DNA of 64,000 bases from Ruminococcus sp. (GTDB lineage: Bacteria > Bacillota > Clostridia > Oscillospirales > Acutalibacteraceae): the NCBI GenBank assembly GCA_045593025.1, contig JAZNVW010000016.1, positions 44,537-108,536 on the forward strand, read 5' to 3'. The notes beneath the pieces were generated by a model. The model did not search any database. It saw only the letters and a list, made by a program, of their open reading frames with translations, and was not told the origin of the DNA. Of the stretch, positions 38,503 through 46,805 are shown piece by piece; within the stretch, counting starts at the first letter, position 1; each line of letters begins with the position of its first letter. The translations under genes were made by a program, and so were the position numbers.

Positions 38503-38533
38503 AAAAAAAGAACACATCCAAATGGATGTGTTC
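38503..38533 (-). terminator. intrinsic terminator downstream of the tRNA-Asn fragment
   Basis: On the minus strand, stem GAACACATCC/GGATGTGTTC followed by TTTTTTT. Confidence 0.7.
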
Positions 38534-38537
38534 TACA

Positions 38538-38593
38538 TGGCTCCCCCAGTTGGACTCGAACCAACGACAACTCGGTTAACAGCCGAGTGCTCT
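38538..38593 (-). tRNA. tRNA-Asn(GUU) 3' fragment (56 nt: half of the D-stem, anticodon arm, variable loop, T-arm, acceptor 3' strand, CCA); the 5' ~20 nt are missing
   Basis: The minus strand reads AGAGCACTCGGCTGTTAACCGAGTTGTCGTTGGTTCGAGTCCAACTGGGGGAGCCA. The anticodon loop is CUGUUAA, the T-arm GTTGG-TTCGAGT-CCAAC is intact, and the upstream sequence has no matching acceptor 5' strand (TCCCCCA). Confidence 0.75.
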
Positions 38594-38646
38594 CGGCTGC
38601 GTATTGATATATACCCTAATTTAAGGGTTTTCTTAATTCCCATTAA

Positions 38647-40266
38647 TTATGTTAGAAACTGCTCATAGGATGAGTCCATAAGAATTTCTATCTTATAACC
38701 CTTCCCCACTGTAATCTCTTTGAAGAGTCTACAGATTATCATTTTCTTTCTCTCAAGTGATGCTGTGTCAAATTCATCAGCCCAGCTAACGAACTCCTCG
38801 TAGTAGACATCGATGTTTTTCAGTTCAACTTCAGTATTCCTGAGTTTGCTCTGTTTCTCAGATATCTTTCTCGCATTTTCTGTTATCTTGGCTTTTGTAT
38901 TCTCAATTGCCATAGATAACACATCGGGAGTAAACTTGCTGTCACCTATCAAGGCATTTGCGATTTCTTCTGTAAGTTCACCGAGTTTTCTTTTCAGAGT
39001 TTCGGATTCCTTTTCGAGCTTCTTAATCTCCTGCCTTATCTGTGATAACTGAGCTCTGAATTTCTTTTCGATTGCAGCATCCTTGGGAGTAGCTTTGATC
39101 CTCTCGAAACATTTGTGCAGGACTTCAATAACATAGTCATCAACTATCTGAGCTGAATATACAGACTGTCCGTCACATTCATTTCTTTTCATAGCTTTTC
39201 CTGAACATAAGTATCTGTATTTTCTTGTGCTGTTATGTACGACACCATCTTTTGTTCTGTATGTGTCCATACTACTGTTAGCACATAATCGTTGACCGCA
39301 ATGAGCACAGTAAATATTACCACCTATCATTGTTGAGGACTTTGACCTTTGACTCATTTGTGTTCTCTCATCGTTCTTGAGTTTTCTTTGATCAAGTATT
39401 CTCTGAGCCTGTTCAAACAATGAGTCGCTAATGATTTGCAGTTCTACGATTCGTTTGGATTTTACTCCGCCCCTTACATAGAAGCCACAGTATAGAGGAT
39501 TCTGTAAGATTCGCTTAATAGTATTTGACTGGAATTTAGAACCGTTATGTGTCCGTATTCCCATACTATTAATATACTCTGCCATAACATAAGAACCCAA
39601 GCCCTCTTTTACGGTCTTTTCGAATATCATTCTGACAATCTCCGCCTCATCGGGGTCGACCTCCAGTGTCATAAGTTCCTTTCCTTTTTTATTTACGACA
39701 CCGCTTTTTACAAGTCGATATCCGAAAGGAGCACATCCGCCTGTATAGAATCCATCTTCAACTAACTGATGGAGGCGAGTCTTTACACGCATTGATGTCT
39801 TTTGACTTTCACCGTTGGCCTGCCAGAATCTTATGTAGTTCATGAGCTTGTCAACATGGCTGTCCATTCTCTGTTCGCCTTCGTTGACACTCCATACTTC
39901 TATACCGTGCTGAATGAACCATTCAACAACGAACGGGGTTTCATTGTCGATTCGTCCTATTCTGTCAAACATAAACACGAGAAGTATATCGAACTCTTTG
40001 TTTTCCGCTGCAGTTTTCAATTCCTGAACAGCATCTCGGTCATTGGCTGATACTTTATATCCCGAAATGCCTTGTTCTTGGTATTCTTTCTTAATCACCC
40101 ATCCGGGGTGTTGAGCTGCAAATTCTCTGCAAGCCTGCCTCTGCATTGGAATGTCATTCTTATCAACCTGTCCTTTGGTTGATACTCTATAAAGACAGTT
40201 GACGATTTTTGTTTCTACAAGTGGCGGCACAAATGCCGGAAATACTGTCGGTACGGTTGAGCCCAT
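38647..40266 (-). CDS. large serine recombinase (resolvase/invertase catalytic domain + recombinase/Zn-ribbon + coiled-coil)
   Basis: 539 aa with the catalytic motif LYRVSTKGQ, then FDRIGR, the Cys cluster CAHCGQRL...C and a C-terminal coiled coil. RBS GAGGT lies upstream. Confidence 0.9.
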   Translation of the reverse strand: MGSTVPTVFPAFVPPLVETKIVNCLYRVSTKGQVDKNDIPMQRQACREFAAQHPGWVIKKEYQEQGISGYKVSANDRDAVQELKTAAENKEFDILLVFMFDRIGRIDNETPFVVEWFIQHGIEVWSVNEGEQRMDSHVDKLMNYIRFWQANGESQKTSMRVKTRLHQLVEDGFYTGGCAPFGYRLVKSGVVNKKGKELMTLEVDPDEAEIVRMIFEKTVKEGLGSYVMAEYINSMGIRTHNGSKFQSNTIKRILQNPLYCGFYVRGGVKSKRIVELQIISDSLFEQAQRILDQRKLKNDERTQMSQRSKSSTMIGGNIYCAHCGQRLCANSSMDTYRTKDGVVHNSTRKYRYLCSGKAMKRNECDGQSVYSAQIVDDYVIEVLHKCFERIKATPKDAAIEKKFRAQLSQIRQEIKKLEKESETLKRKLGELTEEIANALIGDSKFTPDVLSMAIENTKAKITENARKISEKQSKLRNTEVELKNIDVYYEEFVSWADEFDTASLERKKMIICRLFKEITVGKGYKIEILMDSSYEQFLT

Positions 40267-40380
40267 TTTTACCTCGCTTTCATAATGAAAGTACCGACAC
40301 TATTCTGAATTATGTGAGATTTCTCTCACTCAGTATTATATAACAATAATACTAATAAAGCCAGATAATATCGGTACTTA

Positions 40381-40554
40381 TTATAAAGTTTTACACATTC
40401 TGCTTTCGAATGCATCAAGTAAAAGTTCTTCAACTTCTTTTAATGCCTTCGAGGTGCTTTCTTTTAAAAAATAGACAGTAACATTTCCACCTTCGAGGGT
40501 TATTGTATGTTCCTGATCCACATCTTCTCTGTATCGCATAGATTTCATAGTCAT
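40381..40554 (-). CDS. small hypothetical protein, TnpW-like (tentative)
   Basis: 57-aa ORF not in the supplied track: MTMKSMRYREDVDQEHTITLEGGNVTVYFLKESTSKALKEVEELLLDAFESRMCKTL. Its position next to a serine recombinase and its T.Y/V...LL pattern resemble clostridial TnpW proteins. Confidence 0.35.
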   Translation of the reverse strand: MTMKSMRYREDVDQEHTITLEGGNVTVYFLKESTSKALKEVEELLLDAFESRMCKTL

Positions 40555-40564
40555 TCTCCATTCG

Positions 40565-42835
40565 TTAAGTAAAATAATCTTCCGTTTTCACTGATTTCAT
40601 AAATTCAGAAACTTCTTCAATGTTTCTTATTACAGGATATTTTTCCATTGCTTTGAACACTTTGCCTGTATATGACAAGGCTCTTGCCCTTGGGTCAAGT
40701 ATAGATACAACTCCTGTATCCGTTTCACTTCTGATGAGTCTGCCTACACCCTGCCTGAGTTTAATCAGCATATTCGGGGTACAATATCTGTTTATATACT
40801 CTTTCACATAAGCACAGCGATCCTTCTTTTCTTCCATCAGAACGTTTCTTATAGGGAAAGGCAACCTGACGATTATAACAGATGAAAGTCTATCACCGAC
40901 ACAATCTACACCTTCCCACATTGAACCTGAAGCAAACAAAATACCATTGTCTGACTTTTTAAAGTCTGAAATAACATTGTTAGTACCTCTTGTCATTTTG
41001 AACAGCTTATATTTCGAGAGCTTGTCCGCAAGCTTTCCGTATACTGTTTCCAACATTCTGTATGAAGTGAAAAGTATTGCCGTGTGTCCGTTAGTAGCTT
41101 TTATTATCTTTTCGATCTCTGTTGAGATTCTTTTGATATACTGCTCATTCTTGTTATCGGGAAACGGCAGTCCATGCGGAGCATATAATCGTGCATTCTC
41201 CCTGTAATTAAATGGAGACTCTGTTTTGGATTCTAAAATCAATCGGCTTTCAATATCTGCCAGACCCTTTTCTTCTTTGAAGAACTCAAAGTCTGTACCG
41301 TCTGACATCGTTCCGCTTGTCAGCACATAGCTTACATTTCTATCCCAAACGCTGTCTTTAAGTTGTTTGGTAATATCTCTTGGCACACTGCAAATGTACA
41401 TTTCGTTATTCTCGTCTGTATTTATCCAGACGATATTTGAAATATCATCTTTAAGGGCTGTCAGTTTTGTAATCAAACTCTTTCCTGTTATGGGCAAATA
41501 ATAATTTGCTCTGACTTTCAGATCTTCAATGCTGACAATTGTGTTTGCCATCTTATCAATAAGCGATGCGAGTGTTTTTCCAACATTGATAACAGTATAA
41601 CTATCCTCATCGGCATCAGAAAGTCTGCGAGAGCTTTTTATATATCTGAACAATTCATTATGGGTTTTATGTGCCATAGCAATTAAGTATTTATACTCTT
41701 GTATTCTTTTCTTATCCGAACACAACGTATGTACCGCATTGAGATATTCGGGAATATCACTTTCACAAAGAACTTCGCCAAATGTTGTTTCAGCCGCTTC
41801 TATCAGTTTATGTGCTTCATCTACCACAACAAAGTAACTATCTTTGATAACTCCTTTTTTACCCGGTACTCTGTTCTTCTGTGATGCAAGATACATATTG
41901 TGGTTTGTCACCTGAAAATCAATGCCAACTTCTTCTGTAGCATCTGATATATATTGTACATATCTGCAGAGTGAACGCTTTGCGCAACCTGAGCACGAAC
42001 CTTTTACGCAAATCCTGCTTTTGACGGCATTAGAAATTGTAATTTTATCAAGGTCAATATTGCTGTCGTTTTTAATCTTGGTTTCCAATGCAAAGATTTT
42101 TCTGCTGTTATTATCGGGATACTTGAGAATATTGGTAAGATAATCTTTATATCTATAAGAACACAGAAAATGTTCCTTACCTTTTCTAAGTACCGCCTTT
42201 AATGGCTTTGGAATTATCCTAAAACTCATCAGCATTGCCGACAGCTTCGGAATCTCCTGTTCCACTAAAGCTTTCTGCAATTCAATGCTCGATGTGGTAA
42301 TTGTAACAGGCATATCCTGTCCGTATTTTCTTTTATATACAAGTCTTGCTACAAGACTCGCAACCATATATGCAAGAGTTTTACCTGTACCGACCTCCGC
42401 TTCGCAGATGGCAACCTGTTTTTCTGTAAGACCTTTATACATTGTTTTTGCAAGGTCTATCTGAGCTTTTCTGATGTTGTAGCCGTAGCTTGGCATAACT
42501 ACATTGAAAATGGTATCTACCATTCCGATGGGATTATCAACCATCTCCTGAACAGTATCAACCTGACGGTTATCTTTTACTGTTTCCAATATATATGGTA
42601 TAAGTTGAGTGGCAGTTTCTTCTGTAAACTGTTCGCACGGCTTAACTGTTGTCACTACCTCAGAATCACCTGTAGCTTTATCGATAGCTATATATCTGAT
42701 CTGATTTCTGAGTGCAATATGATAAATGATAAATCTATCTTCAAAGGTAAAGTCGTACTCTCCCCCATAATAGGCTTTATCGCAATTAACGTAACTTTCA
42801 AATAACTCATGATCACTATATGTAAATTCAAACAC
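40565..42835 (-). CDS. DinG/XPD (Rad3)-family Fe-S DNA helicase
   Basis: Walker A is CEAEVGTGKTLAYM and the DEAH box is VVDEAHKL. A four-Cys cluster ICVKGSCSGCAKRSLC lies between them. C-terminal motifs are ILFASGSMWEGVD and QGVGRLIRSETD. The GTG at 42835 has an AAGGAGAA RBS 6 nt upstream; the listed extension to 43018 looks non-coding. Confidence 0.8.
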   Translation of the reverse strand: MFEFTYSDHELFESYVNCDKAYYGGEYDFTFEDRFIIYHIALRNQIRYIAIDKATGDSEVVTTVKPCEQFTEETATQLIPYILETVKDNRQVDTVQEMVDNPIGMVDTIFNVVMPSYGYNIRKAQIDLAKTMYKGLTEKQVAICEAEVGTGKTLAYMVASLVARLVYKRKYGQDMPVTITTSSIELQKALVEQEIPKLSAMLMSFRIIPKPLKAVLRKGKEHFLCSYRYKDYLTNILKYPDNNSRKIFALETKIKNDSNIDLDKITISNAVKSRICVKGSCSGCAKRSLCRYVQYISDATEEVGIDFQVTNHNMYLASQKNRVPGKKGVIKDSYFVVVDEAHKLIEAAETTFGEVLCESDIPEYLNAVHTLCSDKKRIQEYKYLIAMAHKTHNELFRYIKSSRRLSDADEDSYTVINVGKTLASLIDKMANTIVSIEDLKVRANYYLPITGKSLITKLTALKDDISNIVWINTDENNEMYICSVPRDITKQLKDSVWDRNVSYVLTSGTMSDGTDFEFFKEEKGLADIESRLILESKTESPFNYRENARLYAPHGLPFPDNKNEQYIKRISTEIEKIIKATNGHTAILFTSYRMLETVYGKLADKLSKYKLFKMTRGTNNVISDFKKSDNGILFASGSMWEGVDCVGDRLSSVIIVRLPFPIRNVLMEEKKDRCAYVKEYINRYCTPNMLIKLRQGVGRLIRSETDTGVVSILDPRARALSYTGKVFKAMEKYPVIRNIEEVSEFMKSVKTEDYFT

Positions 42836-43256
42836 TTTTGATTCTCCTTTTCTTCGATATATGAGCAACAGAATGGTATGCAGGAACCAGATCGGCTCCT
42901 GCACAGTAGTTCTATTGCTCATTAAATAAATTAGAGCATTCGAAAAGATGTAGAGTATCTCGCAGCATTTGTTATACCTTAAGGAATAACCGAGCTTCAT
43001 ATATAATGCAACAGGCATCCGCTCTCAGCCTGAACCACTATATCCCGTATCGCAAGGGCTGTGCCAACAGAAGTATCATTATTACCCACCGAGGTCATGG
43101 CTAATTGAGAGTCTGCTGTTTATCTCTCAACTCGGCACATAGTTTATCGCTCTCTCTTTCGAGGTCTTGGCGCCTATGCCCGACAGCTTTCCTTTCGGCT
43201 CTGTGGGTATTACCCTCTACATCCGTTTATTCAATTTTCAAAGTGCAAAGAAGGAT
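42836..43256 (-). ncRNA. candidate structured non-coding RNA or cis-element (class unknown)
   Basis: 421-nt gap between co-directional genes with nested helices. On the plus strand: CCGAG..TTGAGAG-12 nt-CTCTCAA-CTCGG (43090-43134). On the minus strand: GGCACAGCC..GGCTG..TGCC (43016-43067) and two GAAA-loop mini-hairpins (CCGAAAGG, CTCGAAAGAG). No convincing ORF. Confidence 0.3.
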
Positions 43257-43739
43257 TTATAAAACCCTCTCATATGTACAGGAACGAAAATCGGGTTTTG
43301 TACCCCCTAAATCAAAAATATTTTTTAATTTTTTTAAAATTCTCTCTTTTCTGTGCTGAATGACAGCTTTGCACACACCAAATCTATCTGCACACTCTCG
43401 GATTGTTAGACCTTCGCCATATAGCAAATCAATCAATTTTCTTTCTTTAATTGCTAATCGGCTTTTTGCAAATCTAAGTCGTTCTAATCTTTCATTGTGA
43501 ATAACCATTTCTTCAAGATCGAAGTTCTCATCTTCATATTCATGAAACTCATCTTCCGAATCATCGTCATCGCCTATTAAGCAACTCGTCGGATATGTAT
43601 GGGTTATGTATTTAAGGTCGCTTTTTTCAATTCGCCAGATTCCTCTGCGGAACTCATCGTAAACTTCTTTTGTAACAGGAACGGTTTCTTCCGTGCCAGT
43701 TGCAGGATTGAAAGTAATAATTGCGTAAGTTTTACTCAT
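43257..43739 (-). CDS. sigma-70 region-4-like HTH protein (mobile-element-associated)
   Basis: 160 aa. The C-terminus (LAIKERKLIDLLYGEGLTIRECADRFGVCKAVIQHRKERILKKLK) matches a sigma region-4 / LuxR-like HTH. The middle is acidic. No region 2 is recognised. Confidence 0.6.
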   Translation of the reverse strand: MSKTYAIITFNPATGTEETVPVTKEVYDEFRRGIWRIEKSDLKYITHTYPTSCLIGDDDDSEDEFHEYEDENFDLEEMVIHNERLERLRFAKSRLAIKERKLIDLLYGEGLTIRECADRFGVCKAVIQHRKERILKKLKNIFDLGGTKPDFRSCTYERVL

Positions 43740-43740
43740 A

Positions 43741-43799
43741 TCTTTAATCTCCTTAAAATTTTTGATTTTTGTCTTTGATCAAAAATTGGAGATTAAGGA
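43741..43799 (-). promoter_or_regulatory. 59-nt hairpin or dyad that sequesters the RBS of the sigma-like gene
   Basis: The outer 12-bp stem pairs 43741-43752 with 43788-43799 and contains GGAG. The inner 10-bp stem is AATTTTTGAT/ATCAAAAATT. The start codon lies at 43739-43737. Confidence 0.45.
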
Positions 43800-43852
43800 T
43801 AACGAGCAATATATGGTTGCCACTTCTTGTTCATAGCGTTTTACCAAAAAGA

Positions 43853-43920
43853 AAAAGCCGAACATTTAGGTCAGAATCTATCTTATATAAGATAGTTCAT
43901 AACGCTAAATGTTCGGCTTT
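43853..43920. repeat. 68-nt nested palindrome
   Basis: AAAAGCCGAACATTTAG...CTAAATGTTCGGCTTT encloses the perfect palindrome CTATCTTATATAAGATAG. Confidence 0.7.
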
Positions 43921-44093
43921 AAGAACGCTTTGCAGTTTGCCGTTAAACACACAGGTAATAAACTATCTGCTTTTCAGATAGTTCCGACTGTAGTGTTCGG
44001 CAGGTTGGTGTCGCACAACTTTATAAAAAGCTATGAACCCATGGGCGCGAGACGCTCAATGTCCGTATTATTCAATTGTCCTTTCTAATAAAT

Positions 44094-44270
44094 TTATGCA
44101 ATTCTATATTTAATCCCACGGCCTCTACGCAAAGATAAGTCTACTCTTACTCTGCGATGACAGTTTGGGCATTTCACTTCAACTACACCTGAGGTAGCAC
44201 CTATTTTGTCAAGTACACGCCAATTACAATTGGGGCATCGCTTTATAACCTCAATCTTCACTTCGTTCAT
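44094..44270 (-). CDS. small Com-like CxxC...CxxC zinc-ribbon protein
   Basis: 58-aa ORF not in the supplied track: MNEVKIEVIKRCPNCNWRVLDKIGATSGVVEVKCPNCHRRVRVDLSLRRGRGIKYRIA. Its ATG overlaps the stop of the ImmA-like gene (ATGA). Confidence 0.55.
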   Translation of the reverse strand: MNEVKIEVIKRCPNCNWRVLDKIGATSGVVEVKCPNCHRRVRVDLSLRRGRGIKYRIA

Positions 44271-44875
44271 GATATACCTCCATAAACATCTAACAATGCA
44301 GTAGGATTATCCAACTGTTCTCTGTCAAGTAAACCTAAATATTTCATTCTGATTGCCAATACTTTTTTTGATACTCCAAGGTATTCCGATAGCATTGAAA
44401 ATCGTTTATATACATCTTGAAAATAAAATCTGTTAACACAACTGATTTTATCTCCCAACCCAAACAGGAACATACCTTTCTGAACAAGGTCTTTAGGTAG
44501 CAACAATGCAGAGGCAAGTGTATTTGCCTGCCATTCTTCCCAATCCTGAATAGGTTTTAAATTATCCGTTTCTGTTTTATAAAAATGTAGTCTTTCTGAT
44601 GCCGTTACTACACCATACTCTTTCGGAAACATCATCTTAAAGACTTGATGCGCCCCTTCATGAGCTTTAGTGAAGTTGCATCTTCCAAGTTTGCTGATAT
44701 CTGTTTGTAATGATATTTCAATAACAACCGTTTTGCCATCCAAACACAGAATATACTCCTCATCCGTTTCGTCATACACTAACACATCGACCTCATCAAA
44801 AGATGTCAGCCCGAGTATGGATTCGTCTGACGACAAATGTACATACTCTATATTCAGTTTAAGAACCTTTTTCAA
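44267..44875 (-). CDS. ImmA/IrrE-family zinc metallopeptidase (N-terminus possibly frameshifted)
   Basis: HExxH motif is KAHEGAHQVF, with the downstream E..AN.LA..LLLP pattern. The only in-frame start is the TTG at 44875. A 30-codon ORF in another frame (44889-44981) looks like the missing N-terminus. Confidence 0.65.
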   Translation of the reverse strand: MKKVLKLNIEYVHLSSDESILGLTSFDEVDVLVYDETDEEYILCLDGKTVVIEISLQTDISKLGRCNFTKAHEGAHQVFKMMFPKEYGVVTASERLHFYKTETDNLKPIQDWEEWQANTLASALLLPKDLVQKGMFLFGLGDKISCVNRFYFQDVYKRFSMLSEYLGVSKKVLAIRMKYLGLLDREQLDNPTALLDVYGGIS

Positions 44876-45207
44876 AAGGACATCAGGATCAATCCTGTAT
44901 AGTTCTCTGTATTTTATTTCTGTATTCTCCTAAGATTTGCTCTGCTATTTCTTCAATATTAGTTCTTGATAGCATCTTCACTGTTATCCCTCTATTCGAT
45001 ATATTTTTATGATTTCTTTGTTTATAACAAAAACTCTATATTGATAGAACGACTTTCCTATTTCTATCCCAGCGTTTACTTAAAACTATCCAAAAGAAAA
45101 ACATTGATCGAACAACCGTTCTTCATTTGGTTACATAACACCAGAATGTTTGTTCGATTTCAATATGCAACTCCCAAAAAGTTACAAATTTGTTATTTTG
45201 TACAAAT

Positions 45208-45252
45208 ATAAAAAAGAAAAAGTAGCAAGCCTGCACTACAACCTTGCTACTT
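45208..45252 (-). terminator. intrinsic terminator closing the T7SS/kinase gene string
   Basis: On the minus strand, stem AGTAGCAAG/CTTGCTACT followed by TTTTCTTTTT. It lies 16 nt after the kinase stop. Confidence 0.7.
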
Positions 45253-45267
45253 TCATAAAACTTCTAT

Positions 45268-46791
45268 TTACTTAATCTTTGCTCCACACGCGAAACAATA
45301 TCCAGAGTTTCTTTTTACAACAGCTCCGCATAAAGGACAAGACTTCATCGATTCTATCGAAGTCCGATCTATCGGTTTCTTCTTATCCTCTGAAGTCGCC
45401 TTAATTACAATTGGTGCTTCTTGATGCTTGTGTGGTATATCTTGTTTTATCTTTACAGTTTTATAACATACACTACAATAACGCTGAGACTTCTGCATAA
45501 TTGCACCACAATATTCGCAGCATACCGTAACATTATTTTGACTACTCGTTGTTTTTATATCAACAACCACTTTATCCTCTACATCTGTTGAGTTATGAGA
45601 AACTTCATCAGTAACCATTGAAGTTTCTGTTTCTATGCTTGTTGAATCTATGTCATCAAGCATAACAACTGTAGTATCTTCTACTTCGGACTCTTCTATT
45701 AACACTGTTTCTTCGTTCTGCTCTGTTTCCTCTAGAAACAAAGTAGCATCCGAGTTATCGTCAGGATGAAGAGCAATCTCATCAGAATCATCGCAATTAA
45801 TTACTATATTTGATATTCTTTCTTTGTCGTTCCCATCTAAAACATCTTTAAGAACACCCACAAGCTCATGAACATTTTGATATCTGTCCTTATATGATAT
45901 AGATAAACCTTTCATGAGAACATTCTCTTGATCAATCGTTATATCAGCATTAAACTTAGATGGTTTTTCTAAGCAATCATCAAAAACTCTCTCCATTGCA
46001 TCGTCTGGTGTTACACCTGTTATACACCTATATATTGTCGCACAGAGAGCATAAATGTCAGTCCAAGGTCCTTGTATCCCCTTTGAACGATACTGTTCTT
46101 CCGGAGCGTAACCTGGTTTTAACATTATTGAAAGACTTCTTCTATCTTCAAAATTAACATCTCTAGCAGCACCGAAATCCATCAGCTTTAATGTACCATC
46201 TTTTAGCAACATAATATTATCTGGACTAATATCTCTATGTATTAACCCTCTATTATGCACCTTTCCAAGAGACTCTAATAATGGCAACATCTTACTGATA
46301 ATATCAGTATAATCAAACACTGAATTCTCTTTAAGATACTCTTTAAGTGTTATTCCATCCACAAACTCCATAACAATATATGCAGTATTATTAGCCTCAA
46401 AGTAATCTCGAACATCAACTATATTTTTATCACCAGAGAATTTCGCAAGCACTCTTGCCTCACTTAAGAATTTACTCTTTCCATTCATAAAATACTCTGA
46501 GTGCTTTGTTCCTGATATCGTTATATCAGAGGTTATTTCCCCATATCTATTCGCATAACCGCTCGGATAGAATTCTTTAACAGCTATTCGCATATCAAGA
46601 TTTAAATCTCTACCAATATATGTAATACCAAAGCCACCTTCACCAAGTGCTTTACCTACCAAATATCTATTATTTAGAATTGTTCCAGGCTTTAGGTGGT
46701 GAGGAGAAGTACTTTCTAAACCTAACTTTTTACAATTCTCGCATACATCTTCATTACACTTGTGCATACAATTGTAGCAATAATTGTCCAT
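45268..46791 (-). CDS. cytoplasmic Hanks-type Ser/Thr kinase flanked by zinc ribbons
   Basis: N-terminal CYNCMHKC..CENC. Kinase motifs are GEGGFGITY, AVKEF, HRDISPDNIML, DFGAA and GYAPEEQ. An acidic linker follows, then two C-terminal CxxC...CxxC ribbons. No TM helix. Confidence 0.9.
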   Translation of the reverse strand: MDNYCYNCMHKCNEDVCENCKKLGLESTSPHHLKPGTILNNRYLVGKALGEGGFGITYIGRDLNLDMRIAVKEFYPSGYANRYGEITSDITISGTKHSEYFMNGKSKFLSEARVLAKFSGDKNIVDVRDYFEANNTAYIVMEFVDGITLKEYLKENSVFDYTDIISKMLPLLESLGKVHNRGLIHRDISPDNIMLLKDGTLKLMDFGAARDVNFEDRRSLSIMLKPGYAPEEQYRSKGIQGPWTDIYALCATIYRCITGVTPDDAMERVFDDCLEKPSKFNADITIDQENVLMKGLSISYKDRYQNVHELVGVLKDVLDGNDKERISNIVINCDDSDEIALHPDDNSDATLFLEETEQNEETVLIEESEVEDTTVVMLDDIDSTSIETETSMVTDEVSHNSTDVEDKVVVDIKTTSSQNNVTVCCEYCGAIMQKSQRYCSVCYKTVKIKQDIPHKHQEAPIVIKATSEDKKKPIDRTSIESMKSCPLCGAVVKRNSGYCFACGAKIK

Positions 46792-46805
46792 ATAAGCACG
46801 CCTCC

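Noticed and set aside
38394-38579. 61-aa ORF across the tRNA-fragment region
   Set aside because: It runs through a terminator hairpin and the tRNA-Asn fragment, so it is almost certainly spurious.
42836-43018. 61-codon N-terminal extension of the DinG-like ORF
   Set aside because: The translation is Y/L/I/C-rich and implausible, and there is no RBS at 43018. A GTG with an AAGGAGAA RBS at 42835 begins the recognisable protein. The region is treated as non-coding and structured.
44966-45211. 81-aa plus-strand ORF in the AT-rich gap upstream of the ImmA-like gene
   Set aside because: It is F/Y/I-rich, has no RBS, and runs into the minus-strand terminator of the kinase operon. It is likely a promoter or spacer region.
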